Assembly (NCBI GenBank): GCA_001938485.1
Contig: MQRK01196706.1
Location: 1-64,000, forward strand
DNA from: Girardia tigrina
Lineage: Eukaryota
DNA: 64,000 nt
Direction: 5' to 3'
The notes under the pieces are model-generated. The model did no database searches. It saw only the letters and a list, made by a program, of their open reading frames with translations, and was not told the DNA's origin. Made by a program: the position numbers and the translations under genes. Positions within the stretch are counted from its first letter, which is position 1, and each line of letters begins with the position of its first letter. Below are positions 54,860 through 64,000 of this stretch, one piece after another.

Positions 54860-57600
54860 AGATATGATATTGCAGAAATGCATGATGAAAACGATTACAA
54901 CGAATATGAAGAAACACGATCAAATGAATGAAACTCGAGGCAAAGAATGTTTACAGATAATAGACAAGTATACGACAAAGACCAGGGAAACGAGGATGCA
55001 CGATCACAAGGAGAGGTGATCAGTGTGCTTCACTAAAAAGTAAAAATGTGTGTGTATGTGATTGTGTATGTAATGGTATGTATAACTGTATGTGTGATTG
55101 TGTGTTGGAAGATACCTCTCTCGAAGTTTGTGAATTAGATTGTTGGAAAGAAGAATTTGAAACATACTGTTTTGATAAGGAGATAAAGACAAAATAGCAA
55201 AAGTTGAAACAGAAAGAAATGTTGAAAATATCAAAGCTTAATATTAGATATGACAAATTGAATGGGAGACCAAGCATTGAATTTAATACAAAGAATATGA
55301 ATGTTGAATGTCTTTTGGGTACCGGTGCCAAAGTAAATGTTGTTAAAGCAGATATACTTAAAAGTATGAAAGATGTTCAGATAAAGAAAACGAGTAAACG
55401 CATTCATTGTGCAAATGATTCAGAACTTATAAATTATGGAATTGTTAAATTAAACGTAATAATTGAAGGAGTACAAAAAATTATAGAGTTTTATGTAGTC
55501 AAAGAACTCAATCCAGAAATGATAGCAGGAGTTGACTTTTTGGACAAATTTGGAATAAAACTAAAGAAGGAAACTATAGATTCAAGTGACATATGGATGA
55601 TTAGTGCTAGTCTAACAGATGATGACAGACTAAAGAGAATTAAAGAAATATTTAACACAAAAGTTGACAACGAACTAATGAGACTATTAACAGAATATAA
55701 ATAAATATTCATGGCTGACAAGTGGGATGTTGGGAAAACTTCCTTAACGAAACACAAAATAGAAACTCATGGAGAACCAGTATTAGTGAAGCCTTATCGA
55801 TTACCACAACATTTTGAAGAGAAACTAGATGATGTCATTAGAAATTTTGAAGAAAATGGTATAATTGAAAAGTGTAGTTCTCCATTGAACTTCCATCTGG
55901 TGTGTGTATGGAAAAAAGAAAAACAAGACATCCGAGTATGTGTCAATTTTCGACAGTTAAATAAAATTACGGTAAGACCGGCATTCCCCATGCCAAATGT
56001 GGATGACATGTTAAACACGTTGAATGGAGCAAAATATTTTAGTACAATCGATCTGGGAAATACATATTATCAGGTTGAATTAGAAGAAGATTCAAAGATT
56101 AAAACTGCGTTTTCAACAAAGAATGGTCAATATTGTTTTAAAAGAATGCCTTTTGGAATTGCAGCGGCTCAGCTACCTTTCAAGAATTAATGGTGAAAGT
56201 TCTAGGAGATTTGAATTGGAAAGAAGCAGTCGTATATTTGGATGATATCTTGATTTTTGCAAAAGATAGAGAAGAACAACTTCAAAGAATACATAACATA
56301 TTTGAGAAAATTAAAGAATCCGGTTTGAGAATAAATCCAGAGAAATGTCAATTCTTAGTAGAAAAAACGAACTTTTTAGGATATGTCATAAGTAAAGAAG
56401 GTATTGAGACAGATAAAACAAAGATTGATGCAATTAGAAAATTTCAAAACCCATCATGTATCAAACATTTAAGAAGCTTTTTGGGTTTGACGAATTACTA
56501 CAGGAAATTCATAAATGATACGCTAGATATGCAAAGGTTTTAGAAGGCTTATGTGGTAAGAGCAAGGATAAAAAACTGCTTTGGACTGAAGAATGTGATG
56601 AAGCTTTTCAAAAATTAAAAGAAAGAATGATTAAGACACCAATATGGTTCCCATGAAATGAATAAACATGAACTTGGTTATTGATGATTACACTTTTATG
56701 ATGACTACGAAAAACGCTATTACACCACGGTTTCAAACATGGATAAATTTTCTTAGTGGTCTTGACATGAAAATAGAATATCGGAAAGGTGAGAAACATT
56801 CAAATGCTGACGCGATGTCTAGAAATTCTTGCGAATTGTGTAGCCAATGTCAGACGATGCATGAAGAAGCCAAGAAAGGAAAGATCAAGACGAGAATTCA
56901 TGCATTGAACGAAGAGTCGGAGGGTTTCAAATAACAAAATAATAATGAAGAAATAAAACAAATTGTTGAAGATATAAGAAAAGGGAAAACGAGGAAATGG
57001 ACACTAAAAAATGACATCGTGGCAACTCAGGACAAAAAAATACTGGATCCCAAATGAAAAACGAACAGATTTTATTGAAGGGATGCACAAGCTGTTATGC
57101 CATGCTGATAGTAAAAAAGTCTATAACTATCTTCGAGAAGATTTGGGACATGGAAAATATGAGGAATTTCATTAAAGAAGTAGTCCAAAGTTGTTTAAAT
57201 TGTCAAAAAAGAAAGACATTAACAGCTAAAACGAAAGAAAAACATATGAAATTGTCGGCAGATGAACCTTTTTAGAAAATATACATGGACTTCTGTGGAC
57301 CATTCAAAAGAAACATAAACGGATATCAATACGTACTTGCCATAGTAGACCAATTCAGTAGATATATTAGCCTGAATGCAATTGCTAGTCAAGATAAAAA
57401 AAACAGTTCGTAGAGGGATACTGGACAGATGGATATGGAAATTCGGACCTCCAAAGGAAATCCATGTTGACAGAGGAAAAACATTTGAATCGGCTTTGTT
57501 CAAGGATACAGTTAAAAGGTTCAAAGTCGAGATATTCTATTCAAGTCCATGTCATCATAATACAAATGGGATAGTGGAAAGACAATTTCGAACAATTAAA
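54860..57600 (+). mobile_element. Ty3/Gypsy pol remnant (PR-RT-partial RH-IN), no LTRs visible
   Basis: LLGTGA (protease), RVCVNFRQLN, KRMPFG, YLDD, LRSFLGLTNYYRKFI, YRKGEKHSNADAMSR, IYMDFCGP, IHVDRGKTF, NGIVERQFRT. Stops and frameshifts throughout. Confidence 0.93.
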
Positions 57601-57797
57601 TCCCTATCGGATTTTAAGTATCGTTTTAATTTTTGAATTAAAGATAAAAAAAATTTTAAATTAAGATTTAATTATAAAAGCAAAAAAATATATTGTAAAA
57701 TAAGTAAAAACGATAAAATGTGGTATAAAGTTTCAATATTAATAATTTTTAAAAATGTTTTAGATAAAATTTAAAAAAATAGATTTTTTTTCAGAGA

Positions 57798-58450
57798 TGT
57801 AATGTTTTATATCATGAATAAAATTCAAGGAAGAATGTAGAATTAAAAAACTAAAAATTAAAACTCTCTTTTTAGTAATATTCTGCATAAAATATTAAAA
57901 TTTAAATAGATTTTAAAAAAGCTGATTAAATTTAAACTAATAAAATTAATAAATAAAATAGATTTGAAAACAAATGAAATATAAAAACCGGAAAATATTT
58001 TAACATAATTTATTAAACTTTAAAATTAAATAAAAATAGAAAAAAAATAAATATAATAATAAATATTAAATTTTAATGCAGTTTAATAAAATGATTATTC
58101 AAAAGAAAATACAATATTTAAAATAAAGTTATATAATAAATAAATACAAAAATTAATATAACATATTTGAAGACAGTTTATGTTTATAATAGTTTTTAAA
58201 TTAAAAAATTAAATACAATATAAAATTTAAAAAAATAATAAAATAAAGATTTGATCAAAATATTTTTTTATAAACATATATTAATTAATTATTTTACTGA
58301 AAAAAAATAAATCCTAAAAATGAGAAAGGGGAAAAAGGAGAAGTAATGTTTTATAAATATTATATCATGAATAAAATTCAAGGAAGAATGTAGAATTAAA
58401 AAAACTAAAAATTAATACTTTCTGTTTAGTAATATTCTGCATAAAATATT
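57798..58450. repeat. About 100-bp direct duplication (about 57798-57900 and 58343-58450)
   Basis: atatcatgaataaaattcaaggaagaatgtagaattaaaaaactaaaaattaa...tagtaatattctgcataaaatatt occurs twice. Confidence 0.75.
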
Positions 58451-59479
58451 AATTGAAAATTTAAAATATAATAATTTCTTTAATGAATTTATATTTAATT
58501 AAAAACTGTTTTTTTAATATTTTTGCCTGTACAATTTGCAACGAATTTAAGAAATATTAATGACTGTTCAAATATATAATTTAATTAAAAAAGCTTTGTT
58601 TTTTTAATTAATTAATAATTGCAAAATATATTATTTTATTATGAAAGTTATATTGTTTCTGTAGATTTTCAGAATTTTTTATTAATATTGACTGAGATCA
58701 AATTAACAAGGTTCAATTAAAAAAAATAAGTTTTATAATTTTTTCAAATGAAAAATTTAAGTTTTATCAGTTTAAATAGTTCAAGATTGCTTCATTTATG
58801 TACGAAGGAAACGATATTTAAAAAAATAACTAAATTTTTCTATAATGATAATATTGTATATTAAATATTTAATTTTGTGGAAAAAAAGGAAAATGGAAAA
58901 ATGAAATGAATTTTTGTTTGAATATTCAGTGTGATCGGTTTTCGAATTAGGGAGCGTTTTTAATAATAAATTGTTAATTGTTGTTTAAGTTATTCCAGAT
59001 TACAAGCTCTCCGGGTAGAATGAACGACGTGAGGATTATTTTGGATCACTAGGAAAAATTTGATAGAAGCCGAAGCTTTGAGGTATGTCAGAAGAAATTC
59101 TCGATGATCATGAAGATTCAGAAGATTGCTGACCCAGCTCCGTATCTCCTTTTTTATTAACGCAGGTGTCGTTGAATATTTAGATGGAGCTGGATTAGAA
59201 GAAACAAGGGTGTTGTGATGAAGTTTTCAGAATACTTAGCAATTCATTAATTTATAATTTATTATGTTATTTACAGCTTATCATTATTCTATATTGTAAT
59301 TTATAAATATATTATATTCTGTATTATATGATCTCATTAAAATAAAATTTCTTCATGATATTTTGATAAAATTGATAATTACAATTTAGGTTTTGTAATA
59401 ATAATTTTGAACGTTTATTTATTAGTATTCTCCCTCTTAAAAGTAGGTTATAAATCGACTTATCACTTTCCCTGCGATT

Positions 59480-59640
59480 ATATTTAGTTTATCAATGTAA
59501 ATGTAAGGGGTGTGACGCCATATACATCAGAGAGAATATCGTCATCTCTGTAAACGGATTCTGGAACATAATCGTAAAGAACGTTGACGGTTGTTCCGTC
59601 GAAATTGATCACAATATAATTTGATGAAAGTTTTGATTTT
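59480..59640 (+). mobile_element. Internally deleted derivative of the 42835 PLE, with the 3' half of a hammerhead
   Basis: Matches 43013-43100, then jumps to gacggttgttccgtcgaaattgatcacaat (corresponds to 43387-43416). Confidence 0.8.
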
Positions 59641-59730
59641 AAAAATTACATTATGTTTATGCTACTAATTATTTCTCATTTTAAACATTTTTGACGAGAA
59701 GATAAAAGGAAGACTAGTACAAATGAAGAG

Positions 59731-59845
59731 GTTAGTGGTCGCAGTTGGGTACGCCGGATCTCATCCGATCTCCAAAGTTAAGCAACCAACGGCCGCGTTA
59801 GTATTTATACTGGTGATCGATAGGAAAATTGCGGCGCCATTGAAT
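59731..59845 (+). rRNA. 5S rRNA-like sequence (pseudogene or SINE head)
   Basis: gccggatctcatccgatctccaaagttaagcaacc..ggccgcgttagta..tggtga..ggaa...gcggcgccattga follows 5S A-box/IE/C-box order. Termini are complementary. No T-run terminator follows. Confidence 0.7.
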
Positions 59846-60459
59846 ACTAGTCAGGTAAGACTAACTGTATGCTACAGATACCATGTAAACCTGTAATACT
59901 TGTCCCATTGTTGGAAGGATGGCAACTAAACCGGTTCCCTCCCCGAGAGCCACCTGGGTGAAGAGGGTGTGTGGACACCTAAAAATAAAAACCTAGTAAA
60001 ACATTGGAGCCAACGGCCATACATACCTGGAGAGGAAATAGGCACCATCAGGTTCCTTGCCAACTGAGACACTCAAAAATATTCAAAAACGAGTCATAAA
60101 TACTTGTGCGTAATTGAGTGCACCCACGCCTTAACGGCTACGTTCATTACTATGTATATATTCTCTTATCGTCATACAAAACGACGGAACTTGTCACCAC
60201 ACAGTCAACAAAGGCAATTGGGGAGAACTTTAGCTCCAAATCCATTGCTCCACCAATCAGCAAACTTGTGGAAATTTCTTCTCGTTATAAGGGGAAACCT
60301 GTTTGAGTTCCGTGAGTCGGAAAGTTGCGAGGTGGTGAATGCGCTTCATAATGCAAATAAATCATCATCGGGGTACTTAAATATAACATATAAAGATATG
60401 CTTTATTGTGATCATGGCGGAGTAATGTTTGCCAAGTTATATAATAGGGTAATAAACCC

Positions 60460-60525
60460 AGTACAGGATTCACAGTTCATATTTTGACCAAATTTAACAT
60501 TTTGTATAGATAACGGAAAATACGG
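60460..60525 (+). mobile_element. pogo-type element right end
   Basis: Ends ggaaaatacgg|ta and shares sequence with the MITE at 30827-31029. Confidence 0.55.
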
Positions 60526-60619
60526 TAAATTTATATATTTTAAGAATTGAATTATTGGAAATTTATGGTTATGGGTTTTGTTTACTGATGAGTAGGATTG
60601 AGAAGTCGCATAATGAGTG

Positions 60620-61620
60620 TTGATGGCAAGAGTTTGGACGCGGCGCAGCCGCGGAGCCCTGATGCTAAGACCGCGGAGACACTGGGACGATAGTGGGAGA
60701 AACACAAAAAAAGCTTATATATTTTTTAATCTAAAACATCAGATTGCTCTTTTGTCTGTGCTTTCGACACTGTTTCTCGACCCACCTTGATTTTTGGTTT
60801 TAAAAACGCTTTGTCATTTTAGTGACTTGCGGTACAAGAAAATGAGCAATTTTTAAAGCTTAAAATTATCAGGAAGAGTGGGTTGGTCTTCTTTTGGAGT
60901 GTGAATCGAAAAAATTGTGTGTTGCAAATTCGGTTGGAAATATTTGCTTGAGAAAGAGCTTATTTTGTCCGTCCTGATTGATCTTAGCAGGCACTTTGTC
61001 GAGATTAGAGCTACCACAGTGCGGACAGAAGATATCGGGGAAGCAGAACTGTTTGAAGCAAGACCAGCAATATGAGACAAATATGCGCGGTTCTTTGATT
61101 ATCAGGCCATGTATGAACAAGATATTTACTCCCATCTTTACTAAAATGTTCTGCATTACAAAATGGGTAGTTAATCAACCGATCGTCGACACCGAGTCCA
61201 CACTCACTAAATCTAACTCCGGCCCCGACTTCATGTCGTTGAAATTATCGATTGTCCTAGTTTTTCGATTCGTTTGACGTGTCTTCATTTGATTCAAATT
61301 TGAGCTTATTGATTGAATCGATTTTTAACCAATTCAAAGCGTTCTCCAAGACACATTCTTTTCTTTTATCACTCTTATTTCTGCAGTTGACTGGAGGGAA
61401 TCCGAATTGTCATGATGAACACAGAGAAATCGCGTTGTTTTCACTTTCCTCTTCTTTACCTGGGCGCCATATCGCTGACAATTGAAATTTTTTTAACATC
61501 TTCAAATCTCCTAATTGTGTGAAGATCCCGAGTACGGTGTTCGCATATTTTTCCACGTTTTCTAAAACTCTGTTTTTGTGTTCGGATCCGAAACTACCAC
61601 ATAATTAATGATTTTCAAAT
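60620..61620 (-). pseudogene. NOB1: NOB1 (20S pre-rRNA D-site PIN endonuclease) pseudogene nested in the Shaw intron
   Basis: IG*LTTHFVMQNILVKMGVNI (cf. GCLTTDFAMQNVLLQMG). Zn ribbon CWSC...FCPHCG..L.KV. Upstream EKYANTV..FTQLGDL, downstream RQKSN and VSP. In-frame stop and frameshifts. Confidence 0.85.
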
Positions 61621-62227
61621 GTATTTTGTTTGTTAATACACGCAAAAAAGTGATCGCAATGGAAAATAATGAACAACAAGCTCAATCACGTATATAAATT
61701 TATTTTTCCCACAATTCCTTTTACAAAATTTCCTACGTTAAAATAATAAAATTAATATTTTTACAAACTATTTAGTTATTTTAATCTATTTAAATCATAT
61801 TAAATATTATGCTCCTTAAAAATATGCGTCACAGAGCCCCCGAATAAACAACATAATTATATAAACAAAATTTGTTTTGAGAATTGATTTTGTGAAAAAA
61901 AGTACTGACTTTCTATTTATTGGAGTCACTCAAATTTTCAAAAAAGATTAGAGAACAAAGTTTGACTCGATCACAAACTTCAGACCATATTAGAATAGAC
62001 AATCATTAAATGGAAATCTGTTTTATTTAGGAACAAACATAGAATATAATGATCACAAATTAGAACAGCAAGCCATTGTCTGGAATGAAGAAACTTTGTA
62101 AAATGTTTTACAATTTATGGGTTGTTTTGAAAGTTTAAAGATCACAGAGTACTCTTTATTGAAACATTTTCCTCGTGATTCTCTTGTATTTATATATATT
62201 TATATCTTAAAGCTTTTTTATATAATT

Positions 62228-62269
62228 ATTGGACATGTTTCGATGTTTACATACATCATCATCAGCAAT
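62228..62269 (-). ncRNA. Minimal type I hammerhead ribozyme (sense to Shaw pre-mRNA)
   Basis: Reverse complement: attg-CTGATGA-t-gatgt(atgtaa)acatc-GAA-acatgt-C-caat. Stems I and II are paired, helix III is palindromic, GUC cleavage site. Confidence 0.85.
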
Positions 62270-62999
62270 TTTTGGATATTTAGTATATGAATATTGAATA
62301 GTTTGAATAATACAATTTTAACAGATATATTTACTTTAAAAGGTAACGAAAAAATTAATTATTATTATTTATCAAAGTATTATTGGGTAATAATGGCAAA
62401 AATATTTTACTTAAAAATTTTAAGTATTGAAATAACCTTACTTTGCCCATTCTGAATGTTACTTGATGGGTTGTAGTGTCTTATTAGTAGAGATTCACAA
62501 AACTGTCGTTCGTAATGTGAATAAAAACCCTTTTGTAGAACAGAAAACTCATCTTTTGAAATGGATGAGGTTCTATCCTTACAACATAACCAATGATCAA
62601 GAACCTTACTCGATCGACTCATTTGCGAGTGCTCGCTAATCCGGGTTTTGAGATGACGATTTGTCTCTGAAGAATACAAACAAATCATTAAAATTCCATA
62701 TTCTGAAGGATTTAGAGCGTTTAAGAAGAGTATTTGTAGAACAATAAGTAGTGCTAAAGTAGTCTCTGTCACATCCTAAGTTCAAAGTTTTCTCTCAAAC
62801 AAATCGAAAACAGTTTGTGATTTGCAAGCTAATCTGGTATATAAATTTAATTGTCAAAACTCGTACATCGGAGAGACAAATCGTCATAATACTTTGATAA
62901 ATAATAATAATTAATATTTTCGTTACCTTTTAAAGTAAATATATCTGTTAAAATTGTATTATTCAAACAATTCAATATTCATATACTAAACATCCGAAA

Positions 63000-63041
63000 A
63001 TTGCTGATGATGATGTATGTAAACATCGAAACATGTCCAAT
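63000..63041 (+). ncRNA. Minimal type I hammerhead ribozyme
   Basis: attg-CTGATGA-t-gatgt(atgtaa)acatc-GAA-acatgt-C-caat. Predicted cleavage after C63037. Confidence 0.85.
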
Positions 63042-63081
63042 AATTATATAAAAAAGCTTTAATCATATATTAAATATATAA

Positions 63082-63124
<43 letters not shown>

Positions 63125-63789
63125 AATTTATATATATTTATATACGTAATGTATAACTATGAACATCGACATGATCAACTAAAGTCTTGATCGGATTCTG
63201 TGTTACTGCATTTCGTTGTAACTTGATTGTGATTTATGTTTGGATATCGACAAATCAATATCATAACAATTACATTCTTCATCACATTACCCCCTTCTTA
63301 CAATCAAACAATGAGTAAAAGGATCTCCCAACATAACAAGAGAGAGAAGCTGTGATCGAATTACACTCGAATATCTTAATTGTTCTTATAAACTTACAGG
63401 GTATGGAGATGACATATAGATGTCGTAAAAGTAAAACTTCAAAAAATTGCAATAATAATACAATAAAATTAACTGAGAGAAAAATAAAAGAGTAAATCTT
63501 TAAAAAAAAATAACAGAACTTTTTTGTTCTGTCTTCAAAAATATTATTACTAGTTATAAAAAGTTGTATCAAGACAAAACTAAAATTAGAACTGTATTTT
63601 TTTGTGTCCCATAAAGTAAGATTGATTCTTGAACGGCTATTAAATATTCATTAGTTTTATTAATCTCGGAGACGTATTCTACTAATATGTTAAATTATTG
63701 TGTTTTGTTAATCATAACCAATTTGGAAGATAAATTAGTAAATTATCTATTGAATACTTATAAAACAATTAATATAATAAAAAAATTAC

Positions 63790-64000
63790 TTGATTCGAAT
63801 CAAGACCCCAAAAATCGAGTTCTTCCTCAAACAAAGGACCACAAACGTCATTTGGATAGTGAAGTTTCCCTGTTCGATAATAGTTAAGAATTTGGGAGAA
63901 AACATTGGGATGTCTGTCGAAAAAATACTCATTTAAAATTGGATCATAGTTGGCCAGAGCTTCGGTCAATTTTGAAAGTCTAGTAGCGGGAATTTTTTTC
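63790..64000 (-). CDS. Shaw: Shaw/Kv3 K+ channel, T1 (BTB) domain exon; continues beyond the window
   Basis: [69 protein letters not shown] is the Shaw T1 signature. Donor CAA|GTAATT at 63789, phase 0. Confidence 0.95.

Larger units (their letters stand above)
62207..63062. mobile_element. Inverted (divergent) Penelope-like element with about 177-bp inverted pLTR arms
   Basis: Arms 62207-62383 and 62886-63062 differ at about 4 positions. Minus-strand EN C-half ETNRHLKTRISEH...CESLLIRHYNP (62667-62407). Plus-strand EN N-half KIPYSEG...NLVYKFNCQNSYIGETNRH (62668-62887). Confidence 0.9.

Noticed and set aside
61174-61176. TGA at the NOB1 Cys position as selenocysteine or recoding
   Set aside because: Accompanied by loss of the catalytic Asp and by frameshifts, so pseudogenisation is the simpler explanation.
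60853-61485. Overlapping ORFs 60853-61080, 60978-61277 and 61279-61485
   Set aside because: Alternative-frame or antisense shadows of the NOB1 pseudogene.

Overview
Very AT-rich animal genomic DNA (possibly a flatworm; the taxon cannot be fixed from sequence alone) with several N gaps. The only intact host gene is a minus-strand Shaw/Kv3-type voltage-gated K+ channel. Four exons lie in the window (>64000-63790, 51785-51558, 32756-32108, 32062-31773), separated by introns of about 12.0 kb, 18.8 kb and 45 bp. Most of the rest is transposon debris: many Tc1/mariner elements (mariner, Tc1, Tc3-like, DD37E-like), pogo, hAT and MULE relics, MITEs, a Gypsy pol remnant, a solo-LTR family with TG...TA ends and 5-bp TSDs, and at least six Penelope-like (RT/GIY-YIG) remnants. 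Most notable: (1) an inverted Penelope-like structure at 62207-63062 carrying two identical, apparently intact minimal hammerhead ribozymes on opposite strands within the channel intron; (2) a 5S rRNA-headed element (59731-59990) and a possible expanded 5S-like element (11223-11444); (3) a disabled, apparently intronless NOB1 copy nested in the same intron. All alignments and translations were done by eye.
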